A DNA stretch of 64,000 nucleotides from Eledone cirrhosa (lineage: Eukaryota). A program made the translations under genes and the position numbers. This document shows positions 27,101-40,500 of the stretch, in pieces (within the stretch, counting starts at the first letter, position 1; each line of letters begins with the position of its first letter). The stretch lies in the NCBI GenBank assembly GCA_964016885.1, contig OZ024745.1:117304001-117368000 (forward strand), read 5' to 3'. The notes under the pieces were generated by a model that did not search any database, was not told the origin of the DNA, and saw only the letters and a program-made list of their open reading frames with translations.

Positions 27101-30100
27101 TAATGCTGTGAAGATGGCCCTGCCTCTCAGGAATAAGTGGGCAAAGAGGTTTATTAACCAGTTTAGTTTTGCAGTTTATCTGTGTTTACTTTATAGACTA
27201 TGCAATTGTTAATGGCAAGGGGTTTCTTTGAATAGATAACTCCTACTGATTTTATATTTGTTTAATCTACCCAGTTTTTCTACCAGCTTCATTCTAACTT
27301 TCATTTTGTGTAAAACATTTTAAAATGTATATACTAGTTTGCCTCTGGGAGTAGCTTCAACAGGCATACTCTGTAACTTGTTGCTATCACACCATCAGTT
27401 GACCTTGCCTAGCTTTTTCCTTATTCTCTATAACCTGTTCCAGAACTTGTTCCTATACATAAAGCATACATACTCCATCTGCATCAATGTTGATTATAGC
27501 CTGAAACTTTTTTTTCTGGCTCCTAAGTATACTCTGATTCTGTCCTGTTGGTTTTAACAAGAGAACTATGCTGTGGATGAAATGTCTTGGATATGTTCTT
27601 CATCACTTGTACCAGATCCACTTTGAGGATGTTTTGATGGATTAGGTAGTTGGAATCTATGAAATTTGCCTAATGAACATGTATTTTATTGTTTCTAGTT
27701 TTTAGTTCATTGTCTAGGATCAGGCTAAAATGAAGACACCATTCAGAAATAAACACGCAAACACACACACATACATATGTGGTGAGCTCCCTCACAATTT
27801 CCATCTACCAATTTAACACGCCAATTTAAGTAACTGGTTGGCTTTGAGCCTACAGTAGAAGTCACTTGCTTATGGGGGATGGAACTGGAAACCTGTCATG
27901 CCTGCAATCATAGTCATGCATATATATATGTGGTAGGATCTAGATCATTGACCAGGTTCAGACAGAAGGACCTATAGATAAACAGGAATTACTGGCTAGG
28001 GAGAATTACTGGATAAGGGTCATGTGCAGTGTGAACCCGCTAAGGTTGAATGATATAATGACAGGCTCTGGTATAATATCTAAGAAGGAAGATAGGGTTA
28101 ACAACATTTATTTTTCTCAGCCTGTGCTAAGAAGGAAACTTAGCCATGGTGCAGGAAGTTAAGAAAAATTAGGAGAGATGAATGTGATACAGATAATGGG
28201 TGGAAGAAACTAGTCAAACTCTATAGGTCCGGAAATTTTTATCAATGTTTTGTGTGGCTTAGAGCATGTTCCAAGTGCAAGCTAAAGGATTTGATAAGAA
28301 AGTGTGAAGAAAGGGTCTCCGAGGTTAGTTTCCTAGTATATAGTTTCTGTAATAGATTACTTAAGGATGCAAAGGATAAGGTTAGAAAGGCCAAAGTGGA
28401 ATATTTCAGGATTCAATTTGTTAATAAATCACTGGATAGGTTGGGTTTAAATTTGAGTTTTAAAAATAGGAAGGTATATGGATGCTTGCCTGAGGAGATA
28501 AGGAATAGGAGGATTTGTGTCAGTTATTCATATTGACCTACAATTGGTAGAGAAGGTATACAGCCGCTAAGAGAGAAGCTAGACATCAGGTGTACTTAGC
28601 ACACAGGGAGGCTGAGGGAAGGAGGTTTGCCAATGTTCTGTGACGGGAAGATCAGAGACATGCGGTGTTTCAGATTGCAAGGCAGTGTGTCAATGCAAAT
28701 CAGGATGTTGTTGGAGATAAATGTATCCGGAATGATGCCGGTGTACTTAGTGTCACAAATGATCAGAAAAAGAAGGCCTGGAAATGTCATTATGAGAGAC
28801 TGATTAATGTGGAGAACGAATGGGAGAGAGAGAAATTACCTTCAGTAGATCCGACAGAGGGATCAGCTATTGAGATTGATGAATATAGGGTCCAAGAGGC
28901 GATTAAGGAAATGAAAAATGGTAAGGCTGCTGGACCATCGGGGATAGTTGCTGAGATGCTGAAGGCATCAGGGGACGTAGGCACTAAACTGGTTGCACGC
29001 ATCATCAATCATGCTATATATGGCGGTGTCATACCCAAAGACTGATGCAGCAGTATTCTCATAAATTGCTACAAAGGTAAAGGGGATGGAGAGTAGCAAT
29101 TATAGGGGTATAAAACTGATAGATCAGGTTATGAAAGTAGCAGAAAGGATATTAGCACAAGTAATTAGAGAAAGGGTAAAACTAGATGAGATGCAGTTTG
29201 GTTTTGTGCCTGGGAAAAGTACAACAGATGCCCTCTTCTTCGTGAGACAATTATAAGAGAGGTTCTTCGAGAAGAATAAGCCACTATAGTGGGGATACAA
29301 GGCTGACATCAGTCAAGCAGTTCAAATACCCCTAAAAGGATCCCTACTATAACTTACCTCTCCCCTCATTCATTATTCTATTGTTGATGTGTTTATGTTT
29401 TTCTATTATTTTTCCTTCTCTATTCCAATAGTTTTGTACTCATTGGTTTTGTTTTTCTGATGATCTTTCTACTTCGAGAAATATGTGGTGGCATAACCAA
29501 TATCTATTAGTCAATATATTGATTTATCATCATCAATCAACCCTCTCAAACGGATTGTAAAACAATGAATTAATTTAGAATCTATCTTTGACTTTTGTTT
29601 TATTTTTGTTGTTGAAAACATCACACACACAGATATATCATTATCATTGTTTTTATATCCATTTTTGCCATGCCCTTTTCAGCTTAGCATCTTTCCACTC
29701 ATTCTGTTCCTTTGTCATCTCCTTTCGAGATCAGCTCTCACCACCTCCGCCAAGGTTTTCCTTGGTCTACTGGTCTAATCAAGTGGTCAGAGATGTCATC
29801 TGAGCAAAAAATAGGAGGCTTATAAAACTTGGCTTAGACATAAGCCCTCCTTCTTGTACTTGGGGTACAAAGCAGACAGGAAAAGTCACAGCATAGACAG
29901 TAGATGTGTCAAAAGTTATAAACCGGGAAGACTTTGGGTTTCAGCTGGAATCCAATTTCAGATTAGCAAATAAAGCTTTATGGTAGACATCCTCTGATTT
30001 TGTAATAAGAAGTCTTCCATGCCTGCTGTCTGGAATATGTCTGGGGTTCTCTCTCGAAAGAGATAAATCCTCACGAGATGGAGTGAATATTTTGCTGATC

Positions 30101-33100
30101 TCCAAATCCCGGTCACAACAGCATCTTTTCAAACACATCAGGTGCATCTGGGAATGATGACTAACCTCTCAGAGGCTGTGGTCACTCCAGTTAGAGCCGC
30201 TACTTTTCCAAATGGAGAGATCATAGCTCCGATATTACGGACATGTGGTTAGAATGTCTCAGGAAAGAATTACTGGACAGATTTTATGGGCAAAACCAAC
30301 TGACAGTGACCCAGGGGTAAACTCTGAGCAAGATGGTTGGATAACATCCATGAACTTGGCTAGTTTTGCTAGGATTCAGCTGGATCAATTGGAGATGAAT
30401 GCTTCTGACAGGACCTGCTGGAAGGCGGGCTTGATGACTCTTCTCCCCACACCCCTCCCAGGAATAAGGGGTCGAAGAAGAAGATGGTTAATCCAGGGCT
30501 AGTTGCATTTCTCATGTTAACATTTTACAGCTCTTTTTCATTCAGATATATATATATAAAGCGCCCACTCCACACTGTAAAGTAGTCATATAGGTGTCAT
30601 GACAAAAAACACTCAGTCCAAACTGTAAAGTGGTTGTGTACAGTCATCATCATCACCGTTTAATGTCCATATTCCACGTTACCATGGGTTAGACGAAAAG
30701 TCAGTGTCTCGACAAAAAGCACCAAGTACTCACTGGAAATGTAGTTAGTGTTAGGAAGGGCATCCAGCCCTAGAAACCAAACCAGAAACAGTTCTGTATG
30801 AGCAAGACATGGCTATCTGATCTGGCTGAACAACTCATCTAACCCATGCTAGCATGGAAAAACAAATGTTAAATGGTGATGAAGATGATGATGATGATGA
30901 TGATAGCATCTATCTGTGTTAAGTGTCCACCCCAATTACCTGTCTTTCATATATCTAATACTCATTCTCCACCTCCACTTTTCTCTCAAATTCATTACCT
31001 CAATCAATGAATTAGTCTCAATTTGTTCTTGCCTTGTTGCTTTAAAACCCTTATTGCCCATTAGTGACAACCTTACAACACATACATCTTACACATAATA
31101 TAACTTCTTTTCTGTAAATTTACTGCAAATAGAGACAATATTTTCCTAAGTTTATTTTATTTATCTTATCTACTACATTCATGGTTGTAGATTTAACTAC
31201 CGAATACTGATTAGATAAGTTTATTTACAAAACCAGACTATTACTCCCAACAAACCACCTGAGCTATCCTCAGCCTATCATTTTTCGCATACTTAATGTG
31301 TTAATTGCAGTTGAGACTGAGACGCTATAAAATCTCTTGTGTACCATCTTACTACTCACTATGCATAATATTAACTTCAGACTTACTCCATCTTAGGCTG
31401 CTAATACTAATTTTTGTTTTGATAAGTTACACAGGGATTATAATAATCATATGTAGCTACACTGATCTGTTTAGTAACAAATAAAGATATTGAAACGTTT
31501 GATTTAATTCTATATCTCAGTAAATCTCCTGAAAGTGGAACCTGCGCAATTTTACCTGTTGTCATTGAAGAAGACATGGACAGCTATCAACCAAAAGATA
31601 TCAGTGAAAAAGCACATTCTAATGGTGTTCCATTGAACCAATCTAATAGGACTCTCAGTAGTGAGTTAGAAGGAATGGTGAGTGGCTTGAAATAGTTAAA
31701 TACATATTTGTTTTCTTTTTAGAAAATTTTCCTCAATTATAATTTATGAAACAGAAGTTTTCTACTTCATTAATCATACTTTTAACTGATCTTTAATATA
31801 TATCTAGTTCTATATTCCCTTTTGTTTTAGAAGGTTCTCTGTTCCTGCTGCCTTGACCCTTTAGCATTTACATTACTCTATATTTGCTATTGTATTTTCA
31901 TGGTAAAGGCTTTATCTTACATAATTATCTCGCATACTATCAAATCTACAAGATTTTGACATTATTTATTTTGAGAACAATACCTTAATACAAGAATGAG
32001 CAGCCAGTTACAGCCGGTTTGAACGGAAAGAGGTGAGAGAATTCTGGCCAGATATGGCCGGTTTAAATGCTAAAGGGTTAAGTCAGAACCATTATTTGTC
32101 CTTTAAGGGCGGTGGATTGGCAGTATCGGTAGAGAGTCGGACACCATGCTTTGAAGCATAGAGTTACGTCCCTTTATGATCTGAGTTCAAATCCCGCCGA
32201 GGTTAACTTTGCCTTTCATCCTTACGGGGTCGATAAAATAAAGTACCAGTAATGTACTGGGTAATTGCTGGCCTTGTGCCTAAAATAGAAACAATTATTT
32301 GTCCTTTAATCATAAAACAATGAATATTTATTATTGTTAGGTTGGTGAATGTTTACCGTCCCCTATTTGTGAAAGAGAACATCTTACTGTTTCACCTGAT
32401 AGCCACCCAGCTGAATCTAAGGATTCTATATTGGCTAATCTCTCAAGTTTCAAAGATACATTACAAAGTGCTGTCGAAACTGTAAGTATACAGTTGATAT
32501 ATTGATCATTTTCATTGTGTAATACTATTAAAGATGACATTTTGGTATAGATATATGGTTCTCGAGATTTAGGGATTCAAACTCACACACAGACAGACAT
32601 CCTCAGTTTTATATATATATATATATAAACAAAGTTATCTCGAATATTGGGTTTGAAGTGTGAGTGTATTAGAATTCGTAGAATAACAAGAAGACACAAC
32701 GCAAGGAAGCTGTTAAAACAGCTAAATGCCATCAATGACACCATCAGGTAAAATTTACCTCAAAGAATTGAAATCAGCGGCTAGAAGTGTGTTGGCGCAC
32801 AAAAGTGATAGGAAGAAAGGAGAAAAAGAAGAAAAATAGATGAGAGGAGATTACACAAAGATTTAAATACTCTCATCAGCTTTTAGACTGCCTGTGGTTT
32901 TGATCATTTAAGTAAAAGTACCACATAAAATAGATGGCTCATGCAACAGAGAAATAAATATTTCTGTTGGTATGATGTTTGTGTGACACATGAACAGATT
33001 AGATAGACAGACTGTAGGTCAGAGAGAGAAAAATAAAGTGCCTCCACTTGGCCTCAGGTCACTGTAAGAAAAGGCAACCACAATGGCTCTGTGACGAGTA

Positions 33101-36100
33101 GGAGCAGTAGGTAGGTCAAAGGAGAAGGAAAGAAAAGAAGCAGTAAGAGGAATAAAATAAACTATTGACTGAAGTGTATCTCGGAAAGGTTTTCTAAGCA
33201 CCATCCTGATAGCTGTAGACAGTATGTAGAACAAGGAAACCTGAATAAGCCCCCAATCTGTCTGCAGCCAGGGAAATGTGATTGTGGTGATTAAGAGCAT
33301 AAAGAATTGTATTCACTAGTCTAACACCCAACGTTTGGCTCTGTCCTCTCTGAAGATAGATGATTGGAGTGGATCTAAACAAAGGGCCAGTTATTCCAAG
33401 TTCTAACTAATAGAGAAATAAACATTAACCATTTAGATTTACAATTAGTTGAGTATATAATTCTTCAGCCGTAGAGAGCTTGCCAAACAAAGGGCTGGGA
33501 GGACCCTTCAGTTGTGTCATCACAATCTTTCCTGTTCGATTGATAGAACTTAAGATAGTATGTAAGTGAGATTTTCACCCCCCCCCCCCCCCCCCCCCAT
33601 GCCCTGTCTGGGAGGTCAGTAACCCCGCTTTAGTACTGACTTGGTCTATATTGACCCATCCAACTCTTGCTAATGGTGAAAGCAGATGTTAAACCATGAT
33701 GATGAAGTCCCTATAAACAAAAGTTAAAAGTCTCAAAAGACATCATCTGTGCCTTTCAATTCCTTTGATAACATGGAAATTACTGATGCTATAATTTCAA
33801 GGAATTTGTAGACACCAATCTTCAGAATATTCTGTCATAGTTTTTGAAATGAAAAAGATAGTGGTGGTGAAATTGCTGGTATCCCGTCTGTTGCCATGAA
33901 AAGAGAAAAAGTAGGTTTTAGTTGACTTTCTGTTCATTATTGGTGTGGGATAATTTATGATGTCATATTTCTCTGTCATATATAAAATGCAATGTTTTGA
34001 AATGTTGTGTAGAGTGGCTCTGTCAATGATAAACCAAGCAGGTCATACTCAGATTCTGTCATAGCTACTGAAGCAAGAGAGAAGATGTAATGTTACATGA
34101 TGTGTAACATTACTAGTGCTTTGTCTATCCCCCCCTCCCCAAAAGATAGAGGAATGTTCACACACTTTGCAAGTAGGTTTTTGTGGCCTTTTTTATTATT
34201 ATTGGTACAGTGTAATTTATGATATATAATAAACAACTTGAGAGAGAGACTAAGCATAAGAGGTATCACATGTTGTGTTCTGGAGAGGAGATTGTGTTGG
34301 TATGGCCATGTGATGCATATGAAGGACAACAGCTGTATAAAAAAGTGCATAGCAATGAAAACTGATGGAAGCTACGGAGTGGGTAGACCAAGAAAAACCT
34401 GGGATGAGGTGATAACAACTGGGCTTGCTCACTTACACCTCTCTAAGACAATGTCACTGGATCGAGATCTTTGGCGCTATGCAGTTGTACAGAAGACCTG
34501 CCTTCCCTTGCATACAAACCTACAATCAGTAGGCACCTCTTAACCCAATATACACCCAACCCCACCCCACACACCCTACCCCATCCTCCCATTTCCGTCC
34601 ACAACAAAAAGCACCCAGTCCACACTGTAAGGTGGTCATGTAGGAGACACGGTAAAAAGGCTCCCAGTCCACACTGTAAATGTGGTTGGTGTTAGGAAGG
34701 GCATCTAGCCGTAAAAAACCTGCCAGAGACACTTCTGTATGAGCGAGACACAGTCTCCCCACCATTCCCGCATCAAATGGAACAAAACTGTCTAACCCTT
34801 GCTAGCGTGGAAGATGGACGTTAAACGATGATGATGATAATGAATATATTATTGTAGTGTGTTATGAAAATATCCCTGAAATGCATTCATTGACTATTTT
34901 GTATGTTTATGACTTAATGAGTGAAACATTTTCTTGATTTAGGTCACTGAAATACAGAAACAACTTATTAATTTTACTCACAAGATGGAATTAAATATTA
35001 GTAAGGATATTAAATGTATTTCCTGCTCAGAATTTCGACTCAATGTAATTGGTACTCTCTCCCAATACAAAGACTGGGTGGATTTGTTACTCTACAAAAA
35101 GGCAACTCTAAATAGCTGGTGAGTATGTTTTGATATTATTGAATTTTTAGTTATTCTCTGTTTTTAAACATTTTTTGAAAACTACTTAAAATACAGAAGT
35201 AGGTGTTTAGTGTAAAGAGGTACAGTGATTCTGTAAACTGGACTTTGCAAATGCCATTATTTAAACTACAACAGAAAAACACTTCATATCAGAGACCTTT
35301 CAACGGGGATCTTACTTCACATAATATCAGAGGCATGATACTGAATATATCATTTTTCCTGATACAACCCCAGCTCCGATACTTTGGGTATGTGGTTAGA
35401 ATGTCTCGGGGAAAGAATCGCTGGCCAGATTTTACAGGCGAAACCAACCAACAGCAGACCCAGGTGTAGACCCTGAGCAAGATGGTTGGATAACATCTAT
35501 GAGCTTGGCTGATCATGCTTGAAGATACAGCCGGATCAGTTGGAGAAGGTTGCTTCTAACAGGACCCGCTGGAAGGAGTCATTTGAGGACTCTGCCTCCA
35601 CGACCCTCCCAGGAATAAGTGAGCGAAGAAAAGAAAGAAGAACCCTACCCAACAACTAAATACAACAAAACTAAACTAGCTAAGACATACCACACAAAAA
35701 TACAATTACCGTAAAAAATTAAAGTTAAGACCCAGCTACTATACTTAGTTTTTATTGTACTCATATTAGTGGTTGAGTGTTCTTTTAGTACATTTCTAGT
35801 ATTTTATGTCCAATCTTCTTTCATCATCATCATTATCATCATCACCGTTTTACGTCAATTCTTCCACGCTAGCATGGGTTAGACAGGTTTTCCTGTTGTG
35901 GGCAATGCCAGGCCTGATGACCTTGTCTTGTTCATACGGGAACTGATTTTGGCTTGATTTCTACAGCTGGCTGCCCTTCCTAACACCAACCTCATTTACA
36001 GTGAGTACTGGGTGCTTTTTTTACGGTGGCGCCTACATGACCACTTTACAGTGTGGGCTGGATGCTTCAGCATATTGTCTATATGCTGAAGCATATAGAC

Positions 36101-37463
36101 AATATGCCTCCTCCTCCAATACCACTTTGCAGTGGGAGGGGAGGGGGCATATTGTCTATATGCTTCAGCTTCGGCTTATTCCCGTGGGAAGTCGGGTCTT
36201 CTTGATTACTGCGTGACGCCAGAGGTCACGGCCCTGTGTCATCGCCCTTAGTATAATATATTAACTAAATCAGAACAAGATATTTGAAATAAATCTAAAT
36301 GATCATAATGTTGATTATCATCATCATCACTGTTTAGCACCCATTTTTCCATGCTAGCATGGGTTAGACGAGTTGTGAGACAAGCCAGATCAGATGACCA
36401 TGTCTTGCGCATACAAAGCTATTTCTGGCTTGGTTTCTACAGCTGGATGCCCTTCCTAATGCCAACCACATTTACAGCATGTACTGAGTGCTTTTTGTTG
36501 TGACACACCTACATGACCACTTTACAGTGTGGACTTGGCGCATTTTGCTGTGATGCCTACACAACCACTTTACAGTGTGGACTGGGCATTTTTTGTTGTG
36601 ACACAAGCACTTTACAGTGTGGGCTGGGCATTTTTTGTTGTGACACAAGCACTTTACAGTGTGGGCTGGGCATTTTTTGTTGTGACACAAGCACTTTACA
36701 GTGTGGGCTGGGCATTTTTTGAAGTGACACCAAAATGACCACTTTATTATGTGACACCTACATGACCACTATACAGTGTTGGCTGGGTGCGTTTTGTTGT
36801 GGCACCTACACAATCACTTTATAGTGTGGACTGGGGACTTATCTATTCTTAATGTTCTATTTGAAAATATATTTGTTTATTATGAATGATCTCTTTTTAT
36901 TTTGTGATTTATAATGTCTCATTTTAAGATTGATATTTTATCTGGTTTTAGGGTATCACAAATGATAAAAATAATCACAGGTACGTACATATTTTTATGA
37001 CTCCTTTTATCTGAATAATAGTTTTGAAAATGAAAATACAAAAAAATGTCAGTTTGGTTTCTTTTACTGATTATATCAAGTGATATGACAGTTGAGTACA
37101 AAGTCTTTAACTTTGTAAATGGTCAGCAACTGATCATGGTTGAAGAACTGTTAAGTCATAAATAAACACAGACATGGACGTACACCTACACACACACATA
37201 TATATAACAGAATTGGTTGTTGAAATGGCAAGAGCTCAGCTGTTGTGGCCCCAACTCTTTCTAATATAGTCACACTCTACTATCTTGAATATCAAGTACT
37301 CTGCTGAATATTGGTCATACTAGTTTAATACTGGTTAAATCCTTATATATAGTGTAAGTTATTCAGCGAATCACTGAAGGTGGTCCAATAAGGGCACTTT
37401 ATGCACAGGCAGAGTGTATATAAATAAGGAAAAAAACGATGAAGTTTTGTTTACATGTATTTA

Positions 37464-37506
<43 letters not shown>

Positions 37507-40500
37507 GAGGATGTCTGTCTGTGTGTGTGTGAGTTTGAATCCCTAAAACTCGAGAACCACCCAACCAACTCTTTTCAAACTTTACACATGTAATACTTAT
37601 GTTTCAGGGAGTGTTCTGAGCAAAAAAAATGTTTAATGCCCTAGGGACCGCATTAGGCGATTTAGCGATCTCTCTCTATAATTCTTAGTCTTTCTCTTTT
37701 TAGATAGATCATTTCATTTCATTTCATTCATTTCATTTTACGTCCGCTTTTTCCCTGCTTGCAAGGGTCGGACGGGAACTGATTCTGGCTTGATTTCTAC
37801 AGCTGGATGCCCTTCCTAACGCCAACCTCATTTACAGTGAGTGCTGGGTGCTTTTTTGCCGTGGCACCTCCACGACCACTGTGCAGTGGAATGATATGGA
37901 CCCCAGTCCATCTCATTTCTACAGCTGAGTAAACTGGAACAATGTGAAATAAAGTGTCTTGCTCAAGGAAACAACACATCACCCGGTCTGAGAATTGAAC
38001 TCACAACCTTTCGATTGCAAGACCAATGCTCTAACCACTAAGCCATGTGCCTCCATGATACATACATATAACGTCGCGCCCTTATAATATCTGTCTGTAT
38101 GTCTGTACGTCTGCATTACGTCACTTCCCCGAGGATGTCTGTCTGTGTGCGTGTGTCTGTGAGTTTGAATCCTTAAAACTCGAGAAGTACCCAACCGATT
38201 TTTTTTTCAAACTTTACATGTGTATTACTTATGTTTATGGGAGTGTTATGCACATGAAGAAATTCAACAAGAAAATAAACCGAATACTTTCATGGCTGGA
38301 TAATCTTTAAGATTTTCCTTGATGAAGCAGGAAAAATGCAGGTTTTCACCTAATGTGGGCCCTAGGGGATCAAGAAAATTAATTTTTTTTATGTGCATAA
38401 TATGCCTTGAAATTTCGGGAAAATCGGCTAGACGTAAATGCCTCAAAAAAGCCCTAAAAAGCTGAAAAAGTGAAGTTTTTCACCTAAGCCATAAAAAAGT
38501 TGGATTTTCTTGGCTCACGGTATGAAGAAGAGGCTGACTAATACATAGTTACAATTTCAAGGAAATCAGTCTGGCGTAATGCCTCAAAACACCCCTAAAA
38601 AGCTTAAAAAACGCAGTTTTTCACCTAATGCGGCTCTAGGAGATCAAAAAGTTGTGCATAACACTCCCTGAAACATAAGTAATACACGTGTAAAGTTTAA
38701 AACAAATCGGTTGGGTACTTCTCGAGTTTTAGGGATTCAAACTCACAGACACACACACACAGACAGACATCCTCAGGGAAGTGACATAATGCAGACAGTC
38801 AGACATACAGACAGATATTATAAGGGCGCGACGTTATATGTATGTATCTATCTAAAAAGAGAAAGACTAAGAATTATAGAGACAGATCGCTAAATCGCCT
38901 AAAGCGGTCCCTAGGGTGTTGAAAATTTGAAATTTTTTTTGCCCAGAACACTCTCTGAAACCAAAGTATTACATGAGTAAAGTTTGAAAATAGTTGGATG
39001 GGTGTTTCTCGAGTTTTAGGGATTCAAACTCACACACTCACAGACAGACATCCTCATATAGATATTAGACATAATCTATACATATATATAAAATTGAAAT
39101 TGTCTGTGTGTGTCCCAATTTTTGCAAAGTCTATACAAATCCACATTTCTACTCCGATTGACTTCAAACTTGCATTTATATATTCCTTGTAGTCTAAAGA
39201 TATTAACTGCAGCTTTTATTTTTCAATTTTCTGTTGTTAAAGGGGTGTTAGGCGCCAGTTATCGATCTCTCTCTCTCTTTCTTAGTCTGTCTTTTTAGAT
39301 AGATACATAGCTATAACGTCGCGCCCTTATAATATCTGTATGTATGTCTGGCTGTCTGCACTATGATATTATGACAAATATTGTTCTCATTGCTAAAGTA
39401 TTATCTTTGCGATTTTCCGTTCATTGCCAGGGAACGTCTTCATGAACCAAAGTATCGTCTTCCTGTTTTCCTTTGGTTGCAACATTTTTCGAAATATTTA
39501 CTTCTGCGTTCACAGATTGACTTTTTTAGTTTCAGAAGATCCCGTTAAGAGTGAAAGCAGCGATTCTTTGCTTAAACTTTAATCTGTTATTTTAATATAT
39601 ATATATGGAGGCACATGGCTTAGTGGTTAGAGCATTGGCCTTGCAATCGAAAGATTGTGAGTTCAATTCTCAGACCAGGTGATGTGTTGTTTCCTTGAGC
39701 AAAGCACTTTATTTCACATTGCTCCAGTTTACTCAGCTGTAGAAATGAGATGATAGGGACTGGGGCCCCTATCATTCCACTGCAAAGTGGTCGTGGAGGT
39801 GCCACGGCAAAAAAGCACCCAGAACTCACTGTAAATGAGGTTGGTGTTATGAAGGGCATCCAGCTGTAGAAATCAAGCCAGAATCAGTTCCCGTCCCACC
39901 CTTGCAAGCAGGGAAAAGTGGAAGTAAAATGAAATGATGATGATGAATGATGATAATTATATATTCGTGTACATATATTTTTGCATACACAAAAACAAAA
40001 TATAAACAAACGTATTTATTTCACGAAAGCACAGACGGCTTATCATCATTGTTACTGCTGATATGCCACCAAAAAAGTAGCACTACTTTTGGCACAAGGC
40101 CAGCAATTACATGGTCAACGGTTCGGAAATCACATACATCACTGACGAGTTTACTCCTTACTCTACCAGTTAGTCTTAGTGTACTTCATCCTGCTTTTAG
40201 GTCATGCCTCGAAGGAAGAGATATTCCATTGGCCGAAATACTGCGAAAGCGGCAAGAAAAAGAACAAGGCAGACAAACGAATCATTAGTGGAATCTGCTA
40301 TTCGACGGTCGCAAGATGCTGAACGTACTGCCACCAGAAGAGCACTTGAAACAGACAACCAACGAACCATTCGCCAAACCGTATCAGCTTTGCAATGTCT
40401 ATCCACAAATCCCAGAGTCAAACCTTAGCTGTTGCTGGTCTTCTTTTGGAATAGTCATGTTTTTCACACAGGCAACTATACATTGGCTGCTCAAGAGTGG

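Noticed and set aside
29456-29482. Hammerhead core ctgatga..gaaa
   Set aside because: No convincing stem II or stem I pairing.
36472-36757. Repetitive Cys-rich ORFs
   Set aside because: Translation of a 42-bp tandem repeat that is open in several frames on both strands.
39608-39680. tRNA gene
   Set aside because: A and B boxes run into SINE core and tail sequence, with multiple diverged copies and no convincing cloverleaf.
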